This document shows, one piece after another, positions 40,353 through 52,950 of a stretch of 64,000 bases of DNA. The stretch lies in the NCBI RefSeq assembly GCF_009914755.1, contig NC_060928.1; one strand, given 5' to 3'. How positions within the stretch are numbered: position 1 is the stretch's first letter; each line of letters opens with the position of its first letter. The position numbers were made by a program, and so were the translations under genes. Under the pieces are notes generated by a model, which saw only the letters and a program-made list of their open reading frames with translations, had not been told where the DNA came from and did not search any database. This DNA is from the human T2T-CHM13v2.0 reference genome, Homo sapiens.

Positions 40353-40377
40353 TTTATGGGTGTGCACACCCATAAAT
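40353..40377 (+). promoter_or_regulatory. Candidate core promoter: 24-bp palindrome containing CACCC boxes, MRE cores and TATA-like CATAAA
   Basis: tttatgggtgtgcacacccataaa (40353-40376) is self-complementary; CATAAA lies about 30 nt upstream of a CA at 40401-40402 and about 60 nt upstream of ATG 40433. Confidence 0.4.
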
Positions 40378-40432
40378 CTCCTGTGGCTGGGTTAAGGGAA
40401 CATACAAGCAGCTCTTCAGCATTAAGAATGTG

Positions 40433-40550
40433 ATGGGAGAGATTCAGGTAGATTTGAACTGCCATCATCAATCAAGACCAAGGAGAAGGCTGCTTTCCAG
40501 GATGTACACATGGCCTCTGTTTGCTGTTGCTGTTTTGCTTCTTTTAAGAG
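40433..40550 (+). CDS. Candidate exon 1 coding part of a spliced small ORF: MGEIQVDLNCHHQSRPRRRLLSRMYTWPLFAVAVLLLLR
   Basis: ATG in gtgATGG context (G at -3, G at +4), in-frame stop upstream, donor AAGAG|gtatgt; not repeat-derived as far as I can recognise. Confidence 0.4.
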
Positions 40551-41014
40551 GTATGTAGTGAGAGAAAGTGTGAGGATTTACACATGAAACATTCCCACAG
40601 TGAATTTCAAGTGACTGAATAAAAATGTTGTAAGCGGATTTTATTGAACGTGAAGGTCTATCCTTTTTTAAAAGGAATATATTTTTAACTTATTTAGTTT
40701 TTATTTTTAAAATTCCACTCTTGATTTTTATAAGCTACCTTGTTTGATTTCTTGTCGTAAGCCAGTTGTGGATGATGCAAGGATTCCCAAGCTTTCAGCC
40801 ATCGGTCCCTTATCCTTTTCTGACTAGATTACAGGAATGAAATTGTGTAAATACATAAGCCTTATACTCTTTAACTATTTAATAATTAAAACTGAGATTT
40901 CAGTAACAATACTTTGGATATTTCTGGATAGTTAATGTAAAATTAACAAAAAACCTGCTTTTATAATTAAATAGTATAAATGTATATTACTGTTTGCTTA
41001 TGTTTTATATCCAG

Positions 41015-41105
41015 GTGAACCAATATATGTATGTCTGTTTCTACTGTCACTTGCAGCTCAACAGAACCCTGTAATATACATGAACAAGTTTCTGGAAGTT
41101 AAGAG
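41015..41105 (+). CDS. Candidate exon 2: GEPIYVCLFLLSLAAQQNPVIYMNKFLEVK (alternative in-frame acceptor at 41057)
   Basis: acceptor tgttttatatccag|G, donor AAGAG|gtaagt; phase matches exon 1; no stop. Confidence 0.45.
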
Positions 41106-41729
41106 GTAAGTAGCTGCTCATGTCATATTCTCTTTCTTAGAGTTCTGGAATCAGGAGAACATCTATCATGGAGCAAATAGACTTCCATTCAAATCGGAGT
41201 TGGCATATAACATATACATTATATGAAGCAATAAACAATTATTTTATATGGCAATAGTCTAAATATAACATGGCTCTGCATTTTGGGGCATGCTAAAATA
41301 TATAAAATCCATGATAAATTCTCAGCTTTCCTGAATCTTCCCATGATACCACTAAGAATTTCATAACCCAAAGACCAAGATAGAAAATATGTTTTTGCAG
41401 AGACTAGAGTCACCCCAGAGTAAAACTTTAAGTGCAGATTACCTCAGATCCCTATAAAACTGATCTGCCTCTGAGAAAAGAACTAGCCAAAATATTCTTT
41501 TTGATGACAGGGTTGAAGTTCGGGATAGAAATGTAAATGTGTTCGGACATACTGAGAAATAAATCACATTGAAGAGATGGAGAAAGGAGTTGCTGGAGAG
41601 GCAAAATGAAAAGGCAGATGCTAAGGAACTGCACAAAAAGAAAAAATGTATCCTAATTGGGGCAGTGTGAACTTGTCAGACAGGGAAGAAGCATGAAGTC
41701 ATAAATTGCTTAGAGAATTATAGCAGTAC

Positions 41730-41870
41730 CTTGACATAGTAGGAAAAAGAAAGCTTATGTGTACTCAAGATCTGAATTCAAGTCCTGGCTCTATCTCTTA
41801 CTGGATGTGAGATGCTGGACAAGGTACTTCTCTATTTCAATTCTCTCATTCAAATCTATGAATTCAAAAA
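41730..41870 (+). mobile_element. MIR fragment
   Basis: aagatctgaattcaagtcctggctctatctcttactggatgtgagatgctggacaag. Confidence 0.6.
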
Positions 41871-42363
41871 TTTGAATTAACCACCAAAGCCCCCTTTGGC
41901 TGTCAATTTTAATCTGCAGTGACATCCTGGTGGGTTGAAATTTAAGACAGTCATTAATGGATAATAAACAAAGACCATTTGTGTAGGAGTTTACCCCATG
42001 TGTATGGGTCTTATTCTTAGTAAATTGGGAAATTATAGAATGTGAATGGGGCAATCTTGAATTGTGAGGAGGAGCTCATTTTATCAGGCAAGATCCCGAT
42101 TTTCAAATCAGTACCTGAATGTTGCTTATTTGATTAAACTCTGGTATACAGAAAGCATTAGCTTCAGCATTATGCCTCTACTACATAGGAGAAGAACTAA
42201 ATTAGAAGGAAATAGATGTTTGACTGACTTAGAGAAATATTGAAAGAGTGGATTGATGATGCTTTCCAGGACCATTTAATTTGACTGATATAATAAAAAT
42301 ATTGGCAGTAATGAGAGTCTTCTGAATTAAAACCAGCCACGTTTTCTCATTAATATATTACTA

Positions 42364-42726
<363 letters not shown>

Positions 42727-43943
42727 TATATATCACAAAAGGTGGAAGATGGGATTGGTCCTCTTCACTCATTTTTTTCAAGCAAGAGACTTCTCAACTG
42801 TATATATTTGTATATAATATGTATTTTTATATATATATATATGCCTCTAAATTAGCAAATTAAAGATTTAGGAAAGTACAGGTGACCCAGCTTTCTGTAT
42901 GGGACAGCTTTCTGAATGTCCCAGTAATGTTTCAAAGGTACTAGTTACTTCAGTGGGTAGAACCTAGTGGATCAGAGTGCAATTATGTGTTCAATTCCAG
43001 TGAATTCCTATTAATTTCCTGACTGAAGTAATGCAGACACTACTGGCCTACCAGAATGAGGGCGAAATGTTATCAGTGGTTGTTCCCCTGCAGAGGAGAC
43101 AATGGCCTGTTTCCTAGGTTGGCTTTGAGAAGTTTAATTGCATGGACTTAAGCTTTCAGAGTCAAGTTTTGACTATATTGTAGCTGTGGTTCCATAGCAT
43201 CTTCCCTTTAGGGCTTGGCTGTGAGGCAAAGTCTTAATGTAAGGCAAAGTGAATGCAGGATACTTTTGACGTAAGGCTGATATTTGTTGTAGTGACATTG
43301 AGGTAGGACTTGTGACATTCCCTTTACTGCTTATAGTCTCAACAATTCTTTTGAAAATTCTCTGGCCTCCTTTCTTTAGTTAGAAACATTTTCCAGCTGG
43401 AAGATACATACAGTGACTTTTTCGTGTCATCCTGCTGGTTTCTAAACATAATGATCAGGCTGACGTCTATGACATGGTTTATTCAGTCTTTTTCTTTGAT
43501 TTTTATATCTTGTTTTGTGCCTGTCTTACTTCCTAGTTCAGTGAAACAAACAAAAAAAATGTTCTGGCCAGCAGCCATCTGGTAAAACAGCTGCTTTTGG
43601 CTCTGGGGAACCTGCAAATGGGACTGGGAAATAGAAAATGGAGTTTACTACTCCTAAGACCCAAATGCTCCTTTTGCTATTAATAGATCAAAATGAGCTT
43701 TAATTGAGGAAAACTGAGTTGAATGTCTTTCACATTCCTTATCTTTACTGACATCATTTCCACATTCGATGCTGTTAGCCCAGCTCTCCTTAATTTGGTT
43801 TCCAGATAAGGTTCCTCCTCCTTGATTTCCTGCTGATTACTTTTATGGGTTCTCCTAATCTATTCCTTTTAAAATGTGCTACTCTCTACATTTTATCCTT
43901 TTTCCTTAGTCTCTTATTTTGCTTCATGATCTGTTCTTTAAGC

Positions 43944-44130
43944 CAGCAGTCTTCAAACTTCAAGCTAGAGTCTCTCAAACTTGGCTGCATTTATGGGACT
44001 TTCTAAATTGAATGCCTGAGCTACAGCTCTGAAAATTCTGACTTAATGTTTCCAAGGGTGGGGACCAGAATCTGTATTTTTAAAATACTTCACAGATGAT
44101 TCTTATGAGCTTTAGGTTTGAGAATCACTA
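43944..44130. mobile_element. MER5-type hAT-Charlie MITE
   Basis: tctcaaacttggctgcatt...gggaccagaatctgtattttt...agatgattcttatg...tttgagaatcacta. Confidence 0.7.
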
Positions 44131-44191
44131 CTTTCATAAATTTTATCTATGTTCTCAGCTGAAAGACCATTGGTTTCTGAGTCTTTACTCT

Positions 44192-45080
44192 CTTTTTATT
44201 AACTTTCATTTTAAGTTCAGGGGTAAATGTGCAGGTTTGTTACACAGGTAAACTTGGGTCACGGGGGGTTTGCTGTACAGATTATTTCGTCACCCAACTA
44301 TTAAACCTAGTACCCATTAGTTATTTTTCCTAATCCTCTTTCTCCTCCCAGCCTTCACCCTCCAATAAGCCCCAGGGTGTGTTGTTTCCCTTTATATATC
44401 TATGTGTTCTCATAATTTAGTTCCTATTTATAAGTGAGAACATGCAGTATTTGGTTTTTTGCTCCTGCATTATTTTGCTAAGGATAATAGCTTCTATCTT
44501 CATCCATGTTCCTGCAAAGTACATGATCTCATTCTTTTTATGGCTGAATAGTATTCCATGGTGTATATGTACCACATTTTCCTTATCCAGTCTACGATTG
44601 ATGAGCATTTAGGTTGATTTCATGTCTTTGCTATTGTGAATAGTACTGCAAGGAACATATGTATGCATGTGTCTTTATGATACAGTGATTTATATTCCTT
44701 TGCATATATATCCACTAATAAATCAAATGGTAGCTCTGTTTTTAGCTAATTAAATTACCATACTGTTTTCCACAATGGTGGAATTAATTTACACTCCCAA
44801 CAGTGTATAAGCATTCCTTTTTATCTCCACAACCTTGCCAGCACCAGTTATTTTTTGACTTTTTAGTAATAGCCATTCTGACTGGTGTGAGATGGTATCT
44901 TACTATGGTTTTAATTTGCATTTCTCTAATGATCAGTGATGTTGAGCTTTTTCTGTAGCATTGTTGGCAGCATGTATGTCTTCTTTTGAAAAATGTCTGT
45001 TCATGTATTTGTCCACTTTTTAATGGGTTTGTTTATTTCTTGTAAATTTGTTTAAGTTTCTTATAGATGCTGGATATTAG
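44192..45080 (-). mobile_element. 5'-truncated older L1PA (about PA15/16) with 16-bp TSD
   Basis: antisense L1 3'UTR and ORF2 C-terminus (track 44417..44608 ...EQKTKYCMFSLINRN); TSD tctgagtcttta(c/t)tct at 44176-44191 and 45081-45096. Confidence 0.93.
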
Positions 45081-45357
45081 TCTGAGTCTTTATTCTTAAC
45101 CCTGGCTTCTTATCTAAACTTCAGACCAATACCTCAAATTTTCTAAGAAACATTTCACTTGGATTATCCACGGTCATTTCAAATTCAATATAATCAATCA
45201 AAATTATTCAACTCTAACTCTTCCATCCACAGTCTGTCTCTTCCTTTTCTCTTACTTCAGATAATGCTTCTTCCTATACCAAGGGGGAAACCTTGTTCAT
45301 TTTCAGCTTCTTGCTCTCCTCATTTTTGTTTTTTCCAGTTCATCATCAACACATGCC

Positions 45358-45793
45358 CATGATGGTTAATTTTATGTGTCAACTTGGCTGGGATACAGTG
45401 CCCAGATATGTGGTAAAATATTATTCTGGGTGTTTCCGTGAGGGTGTTTTTGGAGGAAATTAACATTTAAGTCGGTAGATGTTGAGTAAAGCACACTGCC
45501 CTGCATAACGTAGGTGAGCCTCATATGATCAGTTGAAGGCCTGAATAGAACAAAAGTCCAACCTACCCTGGGCAAGATGAAATTCTGCTGGCAGACAGCT
45601 TTCAGACTTGAACTGCAGCACTGGCTCTTTCTTGAGTTGCCAGCCTGCTGTTTCATCCTGCTGATTTTGTATTTGACAGCTTCCATAATCATGTGAGCCA
45701 ATTCCTTAAAATAAATTCTACCCTCTGTCTCTTTCTCTCCCTGCCTCCCACACACATACAATTGGTTCTGTTTCTCTGGAGAACCCTAATACA
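45358..45793 (+). mobile_element. MLT2 (MLT2D-like) ERVL solo LTR, within an L2 fragment
   Basis: gatggttaattttatgtgtcaacttggctgg ... attggttctgtttctctggagaaccctaataca. Confidence 0.9.
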
Positions 45794-46399
45794 TGCATCT
45801 ATTTACCTCAGAACTCTCTCTTAAATCTCTCTTCCTTCCATGTCTACTATTTCAACCTTGGGTTTGGCCTTTATCAGTTTTTGCCTGGAATATTCTAACT
45901 GGCATCTCACTGCTACCAATCTCAATTGCATTCATCGGTTTTCCACACTGTCTTGAACATGACCTTCCTACATCAGTAAGTCTGTTGATAGTGTCATCCT
46001 ACTACTATGTGGAAACCTTGAGTGTTTCACTGATGTTTCCAGAAGGATTAAACTCTAAATTCTTTGTACACAAGGTATTTCATAGCATTTCACATTTACG
46101 TTAAAGCGTTAGCCTCAATTTCCAAACCCCCTCTTTTTATACCAATACATACATACATACATACTTCTCCAGCCAAGAAACCATTTATATTCCCTTAACT
46201 TAGAATGTGTTCTTTTTAATTCAGTAACTGTGTGTGTATTTTATCTTGGTTGCACTTCCCTTGACTCTAATCTACACAATTAACTCACTCTCTTATTTCA
46301 AAGCCAGCTCAAATATCACACTTCCCTGGACCTCCTCTTCCTGGAATTAAGCAGATAGCAATTGGCTTTTCCCTTTAATGCTCCTATAGCACATCTAAG

Positions 46400-46605
46400 A
46401 GCATAATTGAGCTTAATGCTTAACATATATTAAACATTTCTTAAGAATGAGACAATGCATTATCTCATTTAATCATCATTATTATCCCCATTTTAGGAAA
46501 TTGAGATTTGGAGAAGTATACCAACTTGACCAGGTTCACACAGCAAGTAGATGGCAGACATAGGGATTGAATGACTCCAAAGTCTGTGCTCTTATGCACT
46601 ATACT
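46400..46605 (-). mobile_element. MIR
   Basis: attatccccattttaggaaattgag...aacttgaccaggttcacacagc...gactccaaagtctgtgctctt. Confidence 0.75.
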
Positions 46606-46776
46606 AAATTGTCTTTAATGCATCATCTACTACGTTGCATGTAATTATTTATTTGTAGAATGTCTTCTGACTCAACTACAAGATCCTGCCTATAATACCA
46701 AATGTCTGACACATTAAATGAATAATTGGATTAATGATAATCCAAAGTAGAATTGAGGTATTTCTGTAATCTCTAT

Positions 46777-47200
46777 TGTGAAAGGAAAATAAAAACTGGG
46801 ACCCCAATTCACTATGCCAAAAGGAAAAAATTAAGCTGAAAGCTGAGTCATGCAAGAAACTGACTTTGCTTTTGTTCCTGAGCAGATAGCTACAGATAAA
46901 AGGTCAAATATCTCCACTCTGTGTTCACCTTATCTTGTGTAAAATGCCAATTTACTGAAGGTGAGACAAATACATAATTGACTATTTCCATACTACTTCT
47001 TTTATCTTGCAACATGTGGATTTAGTAATGTGACCAGACCCTCCCTATTTCCCCTCCAGCCTGCTTTTCCTATTTAAATATTGAAGCCCTCAAAATCATC
47101 ATTGGAGAAAGGCACAGATCTGTCTCCCATGCATCCTCAGCCTTGACCAAATAAAGTTCTAAACTGATTGGGATTTGTCTCAGAATCTTTATGGTTTACA
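46777..47200 (+). mobile_element. MER4-family ERV1 solo LTR with 4-bp TSD
   Basis: TG...CA ends (tgtgaaaggaaaataaa ... tggtttaca); TSD ctat at 46773-46776 and 47201-47204; internal TGAGTCA, TATA-like tttaaata and AATAAA. Confidence 0.9.
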
Positions 47201-47719
47201 CTATGAAAGTTTTCATGTATTTAACTTTGCTTTACAAATTGCCCAAATTTTAAGGGTTATGTAGAAAAGTAAATATTGTGTGTTAAATCATGTTTTATTC
47301 TTAATCAACATAATTAAAACATTTTAGTGATAGAAGGAAAACTTAAGGTCATTTAATATAATTCACTCATTGCAATTTTTTTTACCAGGTAAGGGCTGGA
47401 AAAATAGAATTATTCAGTAATAGTTAATAGATGGTAGGTCAAAGCAAGAATATCTGACTTTCCTATATCTAGACTCTGTTATCCTTGACTTATAATTTTA
47501 GAAATGTGCTATATCCCTCAAATTTTGGGTCTCACTAACATATTGCTTTAAATCTTAAAACTCTGTTAGAGCATCTTTTATGTATATTTACTTGTTACAC
47601 AGTCCTTATAAGAAAACAAATTTAATTTAAAATACTTGCAATTATTTGCCTCCTAAAATCTACTTCAGAGTTAACTTTTGGAATTTTTTGTTGAATATCA
47701 CATTAAGAATGTTAGAGAA

Positions 47720-48699
<980 letters not shown>

Positions 48700-49080
48700 A
48701 AGAATGTCAGAGAAACCACATCTGTCATATCACACACAAAAAAACCTAGAAGTTGTTTATTTAAATAAATTTTTATGTAGCCAAAATCACATTCATTATT
48801 CACTTTCAGATATGATAATGTCTTTTTAATGTTCAAGGCCCTGCTAATTTCACAATATTTGCCAAATGGCTAACTGATAACAAAATAATTCCCACTTCCA
48901 CTGAAGCGGTTAGCTACCTACTATTAAAACCCATCCCATTGCCACAGGCTGAGAAAAAACAAAGCCTACTGCTACACTTGCAGACAGTAATGTTTCAACC
49001 AAAGTAACTCAGATTCCTTCTTCAAGTTTTAAATTTTGGTCTGTCTTGAAATGAAAATTCGTAAAATCTTTCCCTTCCAG

Positions 49081-49172
49081 AAATACCAAGCACAAGTATC
49101 AAATCATTCTGTTCAATTCTAGCTGTGGAATTCTGTTAATTTCATGCAGCATTGGCGTTTACTCTGCAGAAG
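49081..49172 (+). CDS. Optional candidate cassette exon: (R)NTKHKYQIILFNSSCGILLISCSIGVYSAE
   Basis: acceptor aatctttcccttccag|A, donor GAAG|gtagag (or AGG|gtaatt at 49179); open in the frame entering from exon 2. Confidence 0.2.
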
Positions 49173-50897
49173 GTAGAGGGTAATTGCTTAATAAAGAAAT
49201 CCCACCAGTTGAGTATTTCTTTCTATATATATATTGACTACAGCAATCTCTAGGCTCCAGGTTACTTATAAGAAATCAATAGACATACCAAGTTAGTGGC
49301 CCAAGTAACATATTTCTCTTTCACTTTTTCTTTCCAGTTAAAAATTACAAAGCATACACAAAGGATTTCTCTGGGCTTAATACAAAGCCCATGGGAAAAT
49401 GTTGACATTGGATATACTACTTTGGGGATTCTTTTTCATCACACCATACACTATTTTACACAATCTTTTCATTATTCATCTTGCAAAACGTATCAAAAAC
49501 CATTACATTTCCCTTTAATTCTGAGCCAATCACTTTGCTCTTCTAGGACATTAAACACATGAAAGTTTTAGCTGGGGTTTATTTATGCATTCATTTCTTT
49601 GGTTAAAAGAAAATCTGTGAAGGAACTTCTGAGCTCTCCTTTCACAGCTGAGATTAGAGAACCAAAACTCTGAAGCAATGAAATTTATAGAACTATAAAT
49701 CACATTTCATTTTTGGACCCTGAAAAATTATAGAGATCAAGAAGTCTGATGAAGCAATTTTCATTACTGGTTCACAAGAACCCAGTCTGCTTATGTTATC
49801 ACAAAACTTTTTGCGGTGCGTTAACGGGTCACTCAGGTGACTTTATGTTCACACATCACTTAGACAAAGTAAAGGTTAAAGACAACAGATATTACTGGTG
49901 TGAGATAGTATGCAGGCTGAAAACACAGTCCTATTTCTTTGAAAATCTTTGCCTCCTCAAAAAAAAAATGTGAAAAGCAGCCCCCAAATGGTTCTGCACT
50001 CCAATATGATTTTATTTCAGAATTGCTTATGTTACTAAGATTTATGAGTGTTGCTTCTCGTGAAAGAATGGCATATCCTTCAGCTCTTATTGTGGACTTT
50101 AATGGAAATAATGTGCTTTTATGGAATAAAACCTCTCTGAAGCTCTGCCTAAAACTGTTTCAAACCAGAACCTCTATACTGTGTCTGGAAAATCACTAAC
50201 AGGGACAGACAGAAAGGGAGCAAATCTGTTTTTTCCATCTTCTGTCTGAAACTTCCTGTGCAACTTTCTTACTAGGATTTTTATTCCATAATAGCTGCAG
50301 AATATAAGTGATTTGCATTTTAGAAAATTATAGTGTGTGATTTTTCACATCCTATATCTCCGTTTCAGTTATGCATTCAACAGTTGCATTCCACATGATA
50401 ATTTAAGGAGCTGTCAAAAAGCAATACCTTTTACAGAGAAAGACATAAAACTGTAGTCAAACCTTAATTACTCAATGAAAGACATGAGGGGGCTGATATT
50501 CTGAAATAATAGATAGTTCCAAATATTTGACATTCATAAGCTTATTATGATTTCATACAGAAGATGTCCCTTTCAAGTGAAGTTTAAATTAGGTAGTTAA
50601 ATGTAGCTGATATTTCCCAGTTACAACAGCAGGGAGCTAGGGTAGAAGCCTTTGGCTTGTACTGGATAGATAGCATACCCTGCAATGTGCTACCTCTGCA
50701 GACAACTGAGAATTGAGTATTCCTCAAATATTTTCTTCACTATCCTTTGCTTCAAAATATTCACTTCCAATGCACAGTATTTTCAATCCAAGCTAAATTC
50801 TGTTTATACATTCACATCTATTTGCTGAGAATTGTAAAATCTTAGATTTGTCACAAATCTTCCTTACAATTACCCCAGTCATCTCTGTTCTTTTCAG

Positions 50898-50928
50898 AGA
50901 TGAGAAGTTCACCAAGTCACCAACCTGA
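50898..50928 (+). CDS. Candidate terminal exon coding part: (R)DEKFTKSPT*; 3'UTR to about 51050 or 51200
   Basis: acceptor ctctgttcttttcag|A; TGA at 50926-50928; AATAAA at 51031 and 51172. Confidence 0.4.
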
Positions 50929-51030
50929 CTGTTACCATGAGGAATTCCTTTACCGGAGAACATGCTGTCACAATAGGTTAAATATATGTTATACAGGTCC
51001 AAAGAATATTCATGTTCAATCTTAGTTAAA

Positions 51031-51220
51031 AATAAATATTTATAGTTAGTTAAATTAGGTATAGCTTTTATTTCCCACATTATAATTACCTGTATTTTTT
51101 ATACTTCATGTAACATCACCAAAAATTTTAGTATTAGATAAATCAAAAAAGTTATTTGTACAAGCTTATATAATAAAAATTTAGAGATATGGCTGTCTTG
51201 TTTTTTCATTTTGCTCTCAT
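51031..51220 (+). terminator. Candidate poly(A) signals
   Basis: AATAAA at 51031-51036 and 51172-51177; the second is followed by a GU/U-rich tract (ggctgtcttgttttttcattttg). Confidence 0.35.
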
Positions 51221-51960
51221 ATAACATGATTACTGTGCTATTACATAATAGTATGTACCGTACAAGGGACAATTCAAGGTAAAATATACTATGTCAATAT
51301 TCTGTTTTATGAATCATTTGTCTCCACTTTATTTGTAGAATGGGAAGTTTTGTTCCAATTTTTATTATTTTCTGAATTTTATCTTACCCTAACCAAATAT
51401 TTTGCAAAGAAAATTGGGAATTTTTGCCTCATGAAACTCTTTTCTCTTCTCTGTCTCCCTATGCCCCGCATCAAAAAACCTTAATTTACTTTGCTTTACT
51501 GAGTAGATTCAAGATCTCTCTTTCTCAGCTAAAAGTAATAATAAATAAATGTTTTCTGCATCTAGTGCAAGTTATGTGCTGGGAATCTAAAATATCCCAG
51601 ATTAAGGTCCAATAAATCAGAGTATGTATTTGCCTGACACAAAAGAAATATATACAGATTGCATTCTGCTCCCAAATGCAGAACTCCCTTTTTGTTTGAA
51701 ATTATTTTTTAGGAAGTTGAAAGAAAAGAAATGGTAAAATATTTTAACATTTTAAATTTACTTCATCGTGATTATTTCACTTATTAACATTTATAATACA
51801 TCTCAGGGGAAGAGGTTGTATAATTGTTCACTATCTGTAGTTCATGAGACCTAGGAAAGTGTATATATATAGTGATGAAAAACAATTTTATCTGAAATTT
51901 GTGCTGGAAGTATAAGTGAGCTTAAAAATGTAATTGTTTTTTCATATGTAGTTGAAAAAA

Positions 51961-52438
51961 CATATGGGTTGATTGATCGTGGCACCCAAGAAGAAATATC
52001 TAGGTCATAATCCCTGGAACCTGTGAATGTTACTTTATTTGGAAAAAGTATCTTTGCAGATGTAATTCATCTAAGGATCTTGAAATGAGGAGATCATCCT
52101 GGATTACCCAGGTGGGCCCTAAAACCAATGACTAGTGTTCTTGTAAGAAAAAAGAAGACTGAAACTTAGACAAAACAGGAAAAGACACAGAAAAGAGATG
52201 TGAAGATAGAAGCAGAATGGAGAACAGTGTGGCCATAAGCCAAGGAATGCCAACCCCCACCAGAAGGTGGAAAAGGCAAAAAAGGGATTGTCTCTTGCAG
52301 CTTCCAGAAGGTGTGGAGTCCTAATGACACCTTGATTTTGGACTTTCGGCCTCCAGAACTTTGTGAGAATAAATTTTTGTTGTTTTAAGCAACACATTTT
52401 GTGGTGACTTGTTACAGGAGCCACAGAAAACTAGTACA
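51961..52438 (+). mobile_element. MLT1C-like MaLR LTR
   Basis: aatccctggaacctgtgaatgttactttatttggaaaaag...ctttgcagatgtaatt...ttgttacaggagccacagaaaactagtaca. Confidence 0.9.
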
Positions 52439-52509
52439 CAGTATGAGCTCAATAATATGACTATGTGTTCATCAAATCCATGAGATGACAAATTCCTTGA
52501 GGCAAGGAC

Positions 52510-52950
52510 CACTAAGATTTTGTTGATGGTTATGTTTTACACAGCTAGCTTGAATGAGGCAGAGTATCTAGGCACATGGCTGACCAGAAAAAATACTGTT
52601 TCCCTGTCTCCTTTGAAGCTGGATGTAGCCCAGGGGCTATTTTGAGCCAAAAAGATAAAAGCACATATAAAGTGGCAACTACAGGGATACACATTCCTAA
52701 AGAGGAGGGAGCAGTGTGATGGATGAACAGGAGACACCAACTTACTTAGGAAGTGTATTTGATTTGGTGCAAGATGAGTGTAGATTGAGAGTAGAGGCAA
52801 TGCCTAGAGTAACAGTAACAGAAAAGTGTTATACAACACCTGAATGCCTACAAAGACTTTCCTATAAGAGGAGTTATGCTACTGTTTTCTTCTTATGTTA
52901 CAGACAAGGTAGAGTTTTGCCACAACCAAACTTAATTCTAACTAATATAC
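52510..52950 (+). mobile_element. Old MaLR/ERVL LTR (MLT1J/K-like)
   Basis: tttccctgtctcctttgaagctggatgtagcc... ending cttaattctaactaatataca; diverged. Confidence 0.45.
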
